Below are positions 1-9,330 of a DNA stretch of 20,000 nucleotides, piece after piece; position 1 is the stretch's first letter; every line of letters begins with the position of its first letter. The stretch is from an uncultured virus (IMG/VR IMGVR_UViG_3300033153_001312). Taxonomy: Duplodnaviria > Heunggongvirae > Uroviricota > Caudoviricetes > Crassvirales. Under the pieces are notes generated by a model, which saw only the letters and a program-made list of their open reading frames with translations, had not been told where the DNA came from and ran no database searches. The stretch is from the IMG/VR virus record IMGVR_UViG_3300033153_001312. One strand, given 5' to 3'. Both the position numbers and the translations under genes were made by a program.

Positions 1-855
1 ACTGTATTTAGATATTTCTTCTAAATCTTCATTAGTCAAGTCAGGCTTTATTTTTATCAATTCACCAATAGGTACAGTTTTAATTTCTCCCCAATAAAAA
101 CAATCTTTAAAATATGGGTTTTCAGTATAGCTATAAACTACATTGGCAGGATCAACATACTCTACTCTTATACCATCTCCTAACTGAAAATTATGTTTGA
201 CAACTGATAAACCTAAAGTCATTAAATCCATATCACATCTTTTACGAGTATGTGAATAATGATTTTCTTCTAATAATGTATTTATTGCAACTTCGTTTGC
301 AATTTCAATAGCAGGTTTATAATTCATTTGCATATAAAGCTCCATCTCTAAATCACTTTCTGGTAATTCATCAGGATTCATAGAAAATAACTTTACATCA
401 AAGTCTTTTTCTATTTGCTTGAATAAATCTTTTGATATAACATTTTTTTCAACCATGTTTTGAAACTCCCCTCTTTTTTCTGATGACATGGCATCTTGAG
501 CATATGCTTTTACTTTAAATAATCTATCAGACATTCCATTGACAACAATGTCAACAAATTTAGGAATGACAGGGACGGGTGTCCAATCTAAATTTAAATA
601 TGATAAATCTCCATCTACAGCTAATTCGTTTTTATATTTTGCTATTGATTGCTCACCTCTTGCGTACAATCTTAGACGATTAAACTCCCACCATTGACTG
701 TAAAATCTACACTGATTTACCCCTTCTTTCCTGAACCATTCATACTGAATAGCTTGACCCACTTGTAATCCAAATTCTTTTGTTTTCTTTTTTGAATCAG
801 ATACAAACTGATCGGGAAAAGCAGCGGATTTTATATCTATACTTATTCCTTTCAT
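1..855 (-). CDS. Phage portal protein, N-terminal 285 codons (runs off the left edge; not in the ORF track)
   Basis: ATG at 855 directly follows the TerL stop. My translation begins MKGISIDIKSAAFPDQFVSD...RLRLYARGEQSIAKYKNELAVDGDLSYLNLDWTPVPVIPKFVDIVVNGMSDR, which resembles portal N-termini of Bacteroidota phages. Its position next to TerL fits. Confidence 0.8.
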   Translation of the reverse strand, partial: MKGISIDIKSAAFPDQFVSDSKKKTKEFGLQVGQAIQYEWFRKEGVNQCRFYSQWWEFNRLRLYARGEQSIAKYKNELAVDGDLSYLNLDWTPVPVIPKFVDIVVNGMSDRLFKVKAYAQDAMSSEKRGEFQNMVEKNVISKDLFKQIEKDFDVKLFSMNPDELPESDLEMELYMQMNYKPAIEIANEVAINTLLEENHYSHTRKRCDMDLMTLGLSVVKHNFQLGDGIRVEYVDPANVVYSYTENPYFKDCFYWGEIKTVPIGELIKIKPDLTNEDLEEISKYS

Positions 856-3102
856 TTATCTTATTAATTGACTAATGGAACTCTTATTATCATATCTTGC
901 AAAGTTAACACTTATTTTTGATTTTTGTTTAGTAGGTGTGTACAGGTGCTTTTGATTTGCCATTATAGCTAACCCCGAACTAATTGCAGCATCAAATCTT
1001 GTTCTATTTGTTATATCAAACTTTGCCCAATCTTCTAAAGTACGTTGAAATGGCATAGTTCCCATTACATCTGTATCTCTAAAAGTACCATCTAAATCTA
1101 ACCCTATATGTTTTTCTATATAAGATTCTATTGCTGCAGCGTGTGATTGCTTTACGTCTTCAGATGAATTAGGTATACCACCTAACTCTCGTTCTGTTTT
1201 TGAAAGTTTATTATACCTTTTGTCTGGTCTATTCATACAAAAACCTCTATAACCTCTATTTTTAAAATGATACAATAATCTTGGTTTATTATTTTCACAT
1301 AAAATTGGCATACCGTAAAATACGCAAGCCATTAAAACTTCTTCAAAAAATATTTCTGCTGTTTGTGGCCGAGCTATATATTCTAAAAAAAATTCATTAG
1401 ACGGTGCGTCATCCATGTTAAATTTACACATTCCATGTAAAGCACCGTTAGAACCCTTACCCACTACAACTCCTGATATGTCATAACTATCACATCCAAA
1501 AGAACCAATATGATCATTACCAGGATATTTAATTCCTTGTTTTAAAAAAACTTTATTTTGCAAATGTTTTGCTGGTGTCCAAGATACTAAAAATCTACCA
1601 CTTTTATTTGGACTAAATATTACTTTGCTATCTTTTACTCCATTCTCCCATTGAAACGAACCCCTTGTTGTGTGTTGACCTAATATTAAAGAATCATTAT
1701 AATCTATTTGCTGATATATTTTAGTTAAATTAAATAATGATTGTTTGCTTTCATCTCTAAAAGCATGAGACTCTGTTCTTGGAAATTGTCTGTAAAATTC
1801 ATTTAAAGCATCGGGGTCAGAAGATAATGATTCTACTTCATTCTTCCAATAATTTATTGCACCTGTATTTATATCTTCACCATCCATTCCTATTACCGTT
1901 TTTTCTGGTGTAAATAAAACAGGCATACCATACTTATCAATATACCCTTCAAAATTCCATTCCATAGGTATAAATAAATTGTACAATCCTGATTTTGTTT
2001 GTCCGTTTTGATTTCTCTTTGCTGCATTAGAATCTTCAAATAATTTTTTAAAATTACCTCCTCCTTTATCTAATGCATTAGAGGTTGACCCCATCATACA
2101 CTTTCCTATAATTTTACTTCCTAATCGTAAACAAGTCTTTGTAACTCTCCAATTATTTAAAATGTTTTCGGGACGTTCCCATTTACCACTTTCATCATGT
2201 AATAAGTATTGTAATTTTTCACCATCATAAGAGTTGTCTGATGTGTTTTTCCAATCTATAGTTGTATCTAACCCGTCTAAATCTTCATTATCAGTTATAT
2301 ACATATTTTTTTTAGTAATCTTAGATGCAGGAACACGATAAGCTAATTCTGTTTTTGGTTTATCCATACCGTCTTGTATAGGTTTAAAAAAGAATGGATA
2401 ATTGTTTGATATTGGAACTACTTTATCAGTAAACATTTTTTTTGCATCAGCTCCTGTTTTTGATAAAATACCTATACGTGCATCTCTTGTTATCGTTGCT
2501 TGATTTACACCTTCAGATGAACTCATAAATGAAAATCCAGAACGTCTTATTTTTAAATAACACATACCAAAGCTACGACTGTCAGCCTTACAAGCTTCCC
2601 AAAAAATATAAAATATTCTATTAGCTTCTCTAAAATCAGGATGTCCTACGTCAATTTTTGTCCATTGTAAATACATATAATGTGTACCTGTAATATAAGT
2701 TGGTATGCCATTATTTAAAAACCAATAACCTTCTTCTCTTTTATCAAATTCTTTTTCTATATAATCTACCCAAGAATTTTTAAAATTAGAAGGCATTTCA
2801 TTCCATTGAAATATAGATTGTATTCTTTTTAATACTTTTGGTTGCACTGTAGGTGACCAAACTTGATTTTCTTTTTTTTCTTTTTGATTATCAAAAGTTT
2901 TAGGTGTTTTAGGAAGGCCTATTATTACATTACTGATTTCATAAATATCTCCTAAAGTTCCATCTTTGGATATAATTACTAATTTATATTTTTCATTATA
3001 TCCGTATTTCCATGTTTTAGCTTTATTTTTATTTGCCATAACACTATTTGGAATATAGTTTTTTAAAACTTTATATATTCTATTTTGATCTTGACTCTGC
3101 AA
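856..3102 (-). CDS. terL: Terminase large subunit
   Basis: 748 aa. Walker A-like LKIRRSGFS, Walker B LLHDESGK, coupling motif MGSTSN, and RNase H-like nuclease motifs FGCDSYD, LCENN and RFDAAIS. Confidence 0.92.
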   Translation of the reverse strand: MQSQDQNRIYKVLKNYIPNSVMANKNKAKTWKYGYNEKYKLVIISKDGTLGDIYEISNVIIGLPKTPKTFDNQKEKKENQVWSPTVQPKVLKRIQSIFQWNEMPSNFKNSWVDYIEKEFDKREEGYWFLNNGIPTYITGTHYMYLQWTKIDVGHPDFREANRIFYIFWEACKADSRSFGMCYLKIRRSGFSFMSSSEGVNQATITRDARIGILSKTGADAKKMFTDKVVPISNNYPFFFKPIQDGMDKPKTELAYRVPASKITKKNMYITDNEDLDGLDTTIDWKNTSDNSYDGEKLQYLLHDESGKWERPENILNNWRVTKTCLRLGSKIIGKCMMGSTSNALDKGGGNFKKLFEDSNAAKRNQNGQTKSGLYNLFIPMEWNFEGYIDKYGMPVLFTPEKTVIGMDGEDINTGAINYWKNEVESLSSDPDALNEFYRQFPRTESHAFRDESKQSLFNLTKIYQQIDYNDSLILGQHTTRGSFQWENGVKDSKVIFSPNKSGRFLVSWTPAKHLQNKVFLKQGIKYPGNDHIGSFGCDSYDISGVVVGKGSNGALHGMCKFNMDDAPSNEFFLEYIARPQTAEIFFEEVLMACVFYGMPILCENNKPRLLYHFKNRGYRGFCMNRPDKRYNKLSKTERELGGIPNSSEDVKQSHAAAIESYIEKHIGLDLDGTFRDTDVMGTMPFQRTLEDWAKFDITNRTRFDAAISSGLAIMANQKHLYTPTKQKSKISVNFARYDNKSSISQLIR

Positions 3103-3358
3103 ATCCTTTTAATGTATTGTTTTTACTGTCCGATATATTTCCTTCTAATAAATCTCTTTCTTCTTCTATTTTTTTTATAATCTCAAAAGCATCCATTATA
3201 CATAGTTTTTTTGTAGCTGCAGCATTTTTTAATCTGTCAGCTGCTAATTCATCTTCTGCATCATATTTAATAATATCTTCTTTAGCTACTTTTACTAATT
3301 GTTTTACAGCCTTTTCTCCTGCTTCAATAATTTGTAGTTTTAATTCTTTATTTGTCAT
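3080..3358 (-). CDS. Putative terminase small subunit
   Basis: 92 aa, charged and helical-looking. Lies immediately upstream of terL and overlaps it by 23 nt. Call is mainly positional. Confidence 0.55.
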   Translation of the reverse strand: MTNKELKLQIIEAGEKAVKQLVKVAKEDIIKYDAEDELAADRLKNAAATKKLCIMDAFEIIKKIEEERDLLEGNISDSKNNTLKGFAESRSK

Positions 3359-3920
3359 TTAATATTACTGTTATATTATTAGTAAACATTCTGTATAATA
3401 TTTCATCTTCTACGGTAAACTCATATTCGCTTTCAGGTTCAAAAATTACTTCGTCACCTTCTTTTACACCTAACTCCAAGAGTTGGTCGTTAATATATTT
3501 AATAACACCTATCAACGGTTCGTATTTTGTGTGTTTATCTAAAAAAGTTTCTTTTTTCTTTACAGGTTTTACAAAACAATATTTACCATGTGCTTTCCAT
3601 TTACCGTTTTGTTTGTATAAAAAAAACTGATCTTCTTCAATAAAAAACATATTTTCTTTAAAAAAACTTTTACCACTTTTTGTTTTACCATACATATCAT
3701 TATAAAACTTAAATACATTATGATGAACTAATAGTGTATCTCCAACTTTTACATCACCTTTATAATGAAGTGGTAAAGATAAAACTTCAGCATAACGATT
3801 AGATACAGTAAAGTCTTCTTCAGAAACACTTGTTACAAACTCTAAACCTCCAATAGATTTTATATTATCATATCTTCGGTTATTGTAAGGCTTTACGATA
3901 AACGAATATAAAGCTCTCAT
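3348..3920 (-). CDS. GroES/Cpn10-like co-chaperonin, apparently two tandem domains
   Basis: Two GroES-like patterns: FIVKP...AEVLSLP...VKVGDTLLV and YCFVKPV...GVIKY...GVKEGDEVIF...EFTVEDEILYRM. Confidence 0.7.
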   Translation of the reverse strand: MRALYSFIVKPYNNRRYDNIKSIGGLEFVTSVSEEDFTVSNRYAEVLSLPLHYKGDVKVGDTLLVHHNVFKFYNDMYGKTKSGKSFFKENMFFIEEDQFFLYKQNGKWKAHGKYCFVKPVKKKETFLDKHTKYEPLIGVIKYINDQLLELGVKEGDEVIFEPESEYEFTVEDEILYRMFTNNITVILNDK

Positions 3921-4144
3921 TAAAAGTTTATATTATATTCTAATGTAATAGGCAACGTATAAAGAAATTCTTTCCATATAAATATTTCTTGGTTTTTTTC
4001 TACCCAAAGTTTATAAGACTGAGTTTCTTCGCTTGCTTGTATTAAGTGTATTTTATATTCACCACCCAGAACAGGTTGATTTATTATATAGTGCATTGAA
4101 CCTGATTTATAATCAGAACCAACGGAAATCTTTCTAATATCCAT
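3920..4144 (-). CDS. Hypothetical phage protein (74 aa, IRKISVGSDYK...MHY motif)
   Basis: Clean ORF whose stop overlaps the GroES-like start (TAATG), with an A-rich leader. Confidence 0.75.
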   Translation of the reverse strand: MDIRKISVGSDYKSGSMHYIINQPVLGGEYKIHLIQASEETQSYKLWVEKNQEIFIWKEFLYTLPITLEYNINF

Positions 4145-4150
4145 TTAATT

Positions 4151-4285
4151 TTATTTTTTTTCGTCTACTAAACCTTTATTTATCTCAACGGTTATTTCTT
4201 CTACTATAGCTAATGTGCTAATAGGTAGTGATTGTAATAAGCGATTGATATTTTTAATAGATTCTTCATTTAATTCTACTCTCAT
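4151..4285 (-). CDS. Small 44-aa helical protein, possible fibre assembly chaperone
   Basis: Manual translation MRVELNEESIKNINRLLQSLPISTLAIVEEITVEINKGLVDEKK. It fills the gap after the 1559-aa fibre gene and has a TTAAATTAA-ATG leader like its neighbour. Confidence 0.65.
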   Translation of the reverse strand: MRVELNEESIKNINRLLQSLPISTLAIVEEITVEINKGLVDEKK

Positions 4286-4295
4286 TTAATTTAAT

Positions 4296-7200
4296 TTATA
4301 CTTCTACCATTGGAATTTTATAAGTAACTCCATTTATAATTACAGTCCATGTGTGGTCTGGAGTAATAGTACCAGAATTTACAGTTCCTACATTATAAGA
4401 AGATGATCCTACAACAAATTGATTTGCGTCTGTTGCTGTTGCTCCTCTTCCTAATGCTATTGAATAGTTAAATTGTGCAGAAGCTTGTAATCCTATTGCA
4501 ATACCTCCAATCTTTCCATTATCTCCTGCTACTGATAATCGTCCTATTGCTATAGATTCTTGTCCCTCAGCCATAGCACTTGTACCTATTGCTATTGTAT
4601 TACCTTGTACTACACCTCCTGATACCCCACTTGCTTGATATCCTATTGCTATATTACCTACACCTGATCTTGTTATACCTACTGTTTGAGTCGTTGTTCC
4701 TTCTGCTTCATATCCTAATGCAATACCAAATGTTGATGTGTTGTATGTATCTATATTAGCTGATGAACTACCTATAGAAGCTCCATGACCAATTGCTATA
4801 TACCCTTTTCTTCCTCCTGCACCATATTGCATTGCAGACGAACCAACAACAACGTGTTCTCCACTGTCATATACTGACCTAAATGCTGTAGTGTTTACAA
4901 CACCCTGTCCTGCTGTTGTACCTATATAAATACCATTTCCAGAAGAATTGGTATTTGTAGTTTTTTGATATGCAGCAGCTGCAGCACCAATCGCAATATC
5001 ACCATTATTGTATCTTATTCTTGTATCATTAGATGTGTTTTGTCCCGTCATTGCTTGATACCCAATAGCTATTCTATTCATTTGGACTGAAGAAGTAGGA
5101 TCAGCAGTGTTGTTAATCATATTAGAACCTGCTAAGTATCCCATAGAAATATCCATTGATCCGTAAGCATTTGCAGCAGCTGTGTTACCAATAGCTATAC
5201 TGTTATCAACAACACGATTCGCACTTATACCATTTCCATATGTGTTATCTCCTATTGCTATGTTATTTGAACCCGTTTGTAAATCTTGTAGTACTCTGGC
5301 TCCAATAGCTATATTATCATCACCTGTAGTTATACCTTGTAAACCTGAATGACCAATTGCTATGTTGTTTTGTGCTCCTGTACCAAACCCTGACTGTGCG
5401 TAACCTAATCTTATATTAGGAAAGTTTTTAGTAGTAACAGAACCAATATCTCCTTGAACATAAATTTGATGACCGTTTCTTGGAACAGCATTAAAGTTTC
5501 CAAATCTTAAACCTGTTTCTGTAAAAGAACCTGTCCCATCTCCGTCAATTTCTGAAAGACTACTACTGTATGCAATCAAATCAGACTCAAAACGAGGAAG
5601 ATTACTTGTTTTTACACCTGATTGGGTACTTGAAGCTATTCCTGATAAACCTCTCCAAGAATTAATTCCTATAGATGTAGTAGCTACTACACTAACCACT
5701 TGACATCTACATAGTGTTGTTCCAAAATCAATAGTAAAGGTATCTGTTGCAGTCCAATTTCTTCCTGCAGAATATAAATCAACACCTGTCACACCACCAA
5801 CTCCGTCAACTGAAGTAACTTTAACGACTATACCTTGAGCGTTTGAATCAGCTGCAACTAATTTTGTAGTAGGATAGTATTGACCAGCTACATAACCCGT
5901 TCCTAATTGACCACCAACTACAGCAATAGTAGCTGCAGCTTTTAACCCAACAACTGTATCTCCACTTTCATTTAATACTACATTACCTGTTAAAGTATTT
6001 AATGAAGATATACCCGTTGTTGATGCTGGTATTCCCCAAGTATTATCAGCTCTTAAAAAGTGTGTTACTTTAGTATTATCATCTAATGCTGAAGTATCAG
6101 CATTTAACCCAACAGAAAGTTGATTTGATGATGGAGCAATTGATAGAGATATATATTTTAAATTTGCTGATGAACCAATGGTTACTTCTTTTTCTTTAAA
6201 AGTTAATGCGTTATTTGTTGCATCTATTAATCCAACTTGTGTTGATGGTACTGTTCCTATATCAAATGAAAAAGTACCTAATGCTGAAATTTCTATTTGA
6301 TTAGCACCGTTATCTTTTAATACAATATTTGACCCTTCTTTTAGTATAACAGAGTCTGTTGTTCCTGTTGATGGTATTAAATTAACTTTAGCTGAAGCAG
6401 CTGAAACTTCACTAACCACACCAGTAACATCATTACCTGGACCATTTACAGTAAATGTGTCTCCAGGTGAATATCCCGTTCCTGCAGCAACAACTGTAAT
6501 TTGATTAGTTCCAATAACACCACCAGTTGTAACTGTTCCAACTAATACAGTTAAATTCCCATCACCTCCACCTGTAACAACTGATGTAGGAAGTGTTGAT
6601 CCCGCTATATAACCTGTTCCTCCTGATGGGTTTGTCATTAATGTTACAGGACCAGTTTGAGAAGATGTTAAATCATATGTTGTGTTTGAACCAGCACTAC
6701 CATTTGCAGCTGCTGTAATTCTACCATATGCATCAACTGTAAGATTAGTTGCTGTATATGAACCTGCAGTAACACTTGTAGCTGGAAGTTCTATATCTAA
6801 AGTACCTGATGTTGTAATTGGACTCCCTCCTATTAAAAGAGTAGAGTTGGTGCTTGTTGCACCTACTGAAGTAACTGAACCTCCTCCTGAACTTGAATTT
6901 ATTGTAACCTCACCACTGTTTATACTTCTTACAAATTCTATATTAGTTCCTTGTTTAAATGTTACTTCACTACTTCGTGTTCCATCTGAATTTCTTAATG
7001 TGCTATCTCCTTTTACAGTATCTACTACTACAGTAGTTCCTGAACCCGTACCTCCTGATAAACCTGAGAATGACGTACCTGCTGAATAGTTTGTTCCTGG
7101 AGTAGTAATTGTAGCTGTTTGTGCTACTCCACCTGATGTATTTAAAGTTACAACCAAACCATTTGAACCTACAGCTACTCCTGTAGTAGTTGGGTCAGAG

Positions 7201-8975
7201 TATCCTGAACCTCCTTGACCAGATGCTATTGAGACTGTAACAGGTATACCTGTAGCAGCATTTGTAAAAGCTAAATCCCAATCAGCTCCTTGAGGTAATG
7301 AAAATTTACCTCTATCGTCATAATATCTATCGGATGCAACATTAAAAATTTGTATTATAGCTGTTACACCTCCTGATGAACCAGGCACTTCTACTGTATC
7401 ACCATTAGCATATCCCGAACCTCCCGATACCATCTCATAGTCTGTAGTATTTTGAAGTGAAGTGCTTAATACGTTTATTGTAAATCCTGAACCTGAACCT
7501 GTAACTGTACCACATACAACATTGTTTGTTGGTGTATAATTTGTACCATTTACAGATATATCTGAACCAATAGCAACTCCTGTTCCTATCGCTGTTGAAG
7601 TTCCCGTAAGACTTAAAGATGCAAGTATTGTAGGGTCAGCTGCTGTTCCTCCTGTTGTTGTTGCTATGTAATTTGAATTAATTCCTGTTACACTATCAAC
7701 TGTTCCGCTTCCACTAACAGTTGTCCATGTTGGTGTTAAAAATGGTCCCGCTGATGTTAACACTTGACCAGCTGAACCTGGTGTAGCACCTAAATATATT
7801 GGAGTATAACTTCCTGTTAAATATAAAGCTCCTGCATTTAGTGTTAATATACCCTCAGTTGAAGCTACTGTTAAGTCTCCATTACCAGTTAAAGTAATAT
7901 TAGCGTTTGCACCATTAGCTGTGTTACCACTATCTAAAACACTTTGTAAATCTTGATTTAATCCTGATATGGTACTCCAAATTGGAGTTTGTAAACTTCC
8001 TTGTGAAACTAAAAGTTGACCTAATGTACCTGGATTACCTTTTAATCTAAACTCAGTGTAATCTCCTTTTATATCTATAGCACCCCCATTAATATTTAAA
8101 AAACCTTGTGTTGTTGGTACAGTTATATCAGCATTTCCTACTATATTAACAGTTCCTGTAGATTGTAGAATTGTATTTTCATCAAAATCAGTTGTGCTTC
8201 CCGCATTTGTACCTACAAAACTAATACCAACTCCTGTTAATACATTATCTCCTGATGAGGTAGGTGTGCATACATCTTGAAGTGTTGGAGAGGTTAATGA
8301 AGGTGCTGATGACCATTGTACACCAGTTGCTGTAGACATAAGAAATTGTCCTGCAACACCTTTGCTTTGAGTACCAGGCGTCACACCATCTTCCACCCAT
8401 AATTCTGTTAATTGTTGCAGTTGTAGTTTATAACCTCCTGCCGATCCCGTTGGATCACCAATTAAAACATTGTTTCTAAAGTCAGCAATTCCCGCCCAAT
8501 TTAATGTTGTATTTACATCTCCCGATAATTGAGCTGCTACTGAACCTGGTTGTGTAATAGTAAAACTACCATCAGATAAAAATATATTTTGTGAAGAAAC
8601 TGTATTTCCATTACTAACAGCATCGTTCCAAGTTACCGTACCTCCTGAAGGAGTATTCCATTGTAAACCTGTACCCGTAGACATAAGAAACTGTCCATTT
8701 GTACCATGTGCTCCTTGAACCCCTGCAGAAATAACAGTAGGGAATACATCAACTGCTGTCAGTATTCCCGTACCTGTTAGTGTTATATTGTTAGATGCAG
8801 TGTTTCCTACACCAAGAACAGAGGCTAAGTCTTGTGCTGCACCTCCTCCTCCTACTATATCGCTAATTTTAAATGTTACGGTTTTGTTGTTATCGCTTAC
8901 ATCTGTTCCTATTAATAAATCAGTTGCTGCAGGAACAATAGTAGGATATACCGTAGTATTGAATATTTTAGCCAT
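4296..8975 (-). CDS. Long fibre/adhesin protein (1559 aa) with C-terminal YadA-head-like repeats
   Basis: G/S/T-rich. Contains GxxGQxLxSxG...W repeats, QDLxSVLxxGNTA repeats, GG(S/T)GY modules, the fibre repeat GSYTxxNLTVDAYGRITAA, many xIAIGxxA repeats (about 4400-5370), and ends in WTVIINGVTYKIP. Confidence 0.85.
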   Translation of the reverse strand: MAKIFNTTVYPTIVPAATDLLIGTDVSDNNKTVTFKISDIVGGGGAAQDLASVLGVGNTASNNITLTGTGILTAVDVFPTVISAGVQGAHGTNGQFLMSTGTGLQWNTPSGGTVTWNDAVSNGNTVSSQNIFLSDGSFTITQPGSVAAQLSGDVNTTLNWAGIADFRNNVLIGDPTGSAGGYKLQLQQLTELWVEDGVTPGTQSKGVAGQFLMSTATGVQWSSAPSLTSPTLQDVCTPTSSGDNVLTGVGISFVGTNAGSTTDFDENTILQSTGTVNIVGNADITVPTTQGFLNINGGAIDIKGDYTEFRLKGNPGTLGQLLVSQGSLQTPIWSTISGLNQDLQSVLDSGNTANGANANITLTGNGDLTVASTEGILTLNAGALYLTGSYTPIYLGATPGSAGQVLTSAGPFLTPTWTTVSGSGTVDSVTGINSNYIATTTGGTAADPTILASLSLTGTSTAIGTGVAIGSDISVNGTNYTPTNNVVCGTVTGSGSGFTINVLSTSLQNTTDYEMVSGGSGYANGDTVEVPGSSGGVTAIIQIFNVASDRYYDDRGKFSLPQGADWDLAFTNAATGIPVTVSIASGQGGSGYSDPTTTGVAVGSNGLVVTLNTSGGVAQTATITTPGTNYSAGTSFSGLSGGTGSGTTVVVDTVKGDSTLRNSDGTRSSEVTFKQGTNIEFVRSINSGEVTINSSSGGGSVTSVGATSTNSTLLIGGSPITTSGTLDIELPATSVTAGSYTATNLTVDAYGRITAAANGSAGSNTTYDLTSSQTGPVTLMTNPSGGTGYIAGSTLPTSVVTGGGDGNLTVLVGTVTTGGVIGTNQITVVAAGTGYSPGDTFTVNGPGNDVTGVVSEVSAASAKVNLIPSTGTTDSVILKEGSNIVLKDNGANQIEISALGTFSFDIGTVPSTQVGLIDATNNALTFKEKEVTIGSSANLKYISLSIAPSSNQLSVGLNADTSALDDNTKVTHFLRADNTWGIPASTTGISSLNTLTGNVVLNESGDTVVGLKAAATIAVVGGQLGTGYVAGQYYPTTKLVAADSNAQGIVVKVTSVDGVGGVTGVDLYSAGRNWTATDTFTIDFGTTLCRCQVVSVVATTSIGINSWRGLSGIASSTQSGVKTSNLPRFESDLIAYSSSLSEIDGDGTGSFTETGLRFGNFNAVPRNGHQIYVQGDIGSVTTKNFPNIRLGYAQSGFGTGAQNNIAIGHSGLQGITTGDDNIAIGARVLQDLQTGSNNIAIGDNTYGNGISANRVVDNSIAIGNTAAANAYGSMDISMGYLAGSNMINNTADPTSSVQMNRIAIGYQAMTGQNTSNDTRIRYNNGDIAIGAAAAAYQKTTNTNSSGNGIYIGTTAGQGVVNTTAFRSVYDSGEHVVVGSSAMQYGAGGRKGYIAIGHGASIGSSSANIDTYNTSTFGIALGYEAEGTTTQTVGITRSGVGNIAIGYQASGVSGGVVQGNTIAIGTSAMAEGQESIAIGRLSVAGDNGKIGGIAIGLQASAQFNYSIALGRGATATDANQFVVGSSSYNVGTVNSGTITPDHTWTVIINGVTYKIPMVEV

Positions 8976-8987
8976 ATAGTTTCATTT

Positions 8988-9257
8988 TTATTTGGTTATC
9001 TTTAAATCAGGAGTTTCTTCTTGGTTTTCAGTTACTATACCTGTCTCTAAATTAATGGTAGCATTTTTTCCATACTTTTCCATTAATGGTCCTTCTTCTT
9101 CTGAAAAAGATTTTCTAATTTCTGCAACTTTTTCCATTAGTGCGTTTTGTTGTAATAAAGTATCGCCTAATTGCATTTTTATATTGTTATAATCTTTTTG
9201 AAGATTTTGTAATTTGTTTAATTCTTCTGTAGTTAATTTTACTTCTTTTTTTGCCAT
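8988..9257 (-). CDS. Coiled-coil phage protein (89 aa), possible fibre chaperone
   Basis: Heptad-like N-terminal helix followed by LMEKYG..INLETG. Lies directly upstream of the long fibre gene, behind a candidate promoter. Confidence 0.6.
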   Translation of the reverse strand: MAKKEVKLTTEELNKLQNLQKDYNNIKMQLGDTLLQQNALMEKVAEIRKSFSEEEGPLMEKYGKNATINLETGIVTENQEETPDLKITK

Positions 9258-9296
9258 TATATTATTATTTAAATTAATATTTAATTAGTTATTATT

Positions 9297-9312
9297 TTAA
9301 CAAAGATACAAA
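9297..9312 (-). promoter_or_regulatory. Bacteroidota primary-sigma -7 element (TATCTTTG)
   Basis: Minus strand reads TTTGTATCTTTGTTAA (core 9301-9308), matching the TAnnTTTG consensus. It lies in an intergenic gap 43 nt upstream of the ATG at 9257. Confidence 0.7.
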
Positions 9313-9330
9313 TAATTTTTTATGTAGTTA

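Noticed and set aside
3048..3630. Plus-strand ORFs 3048-3362 and 3352-3630
   Set aside because: Antisense shadows of convincing minus-strand genes, with no recognisable motifs.
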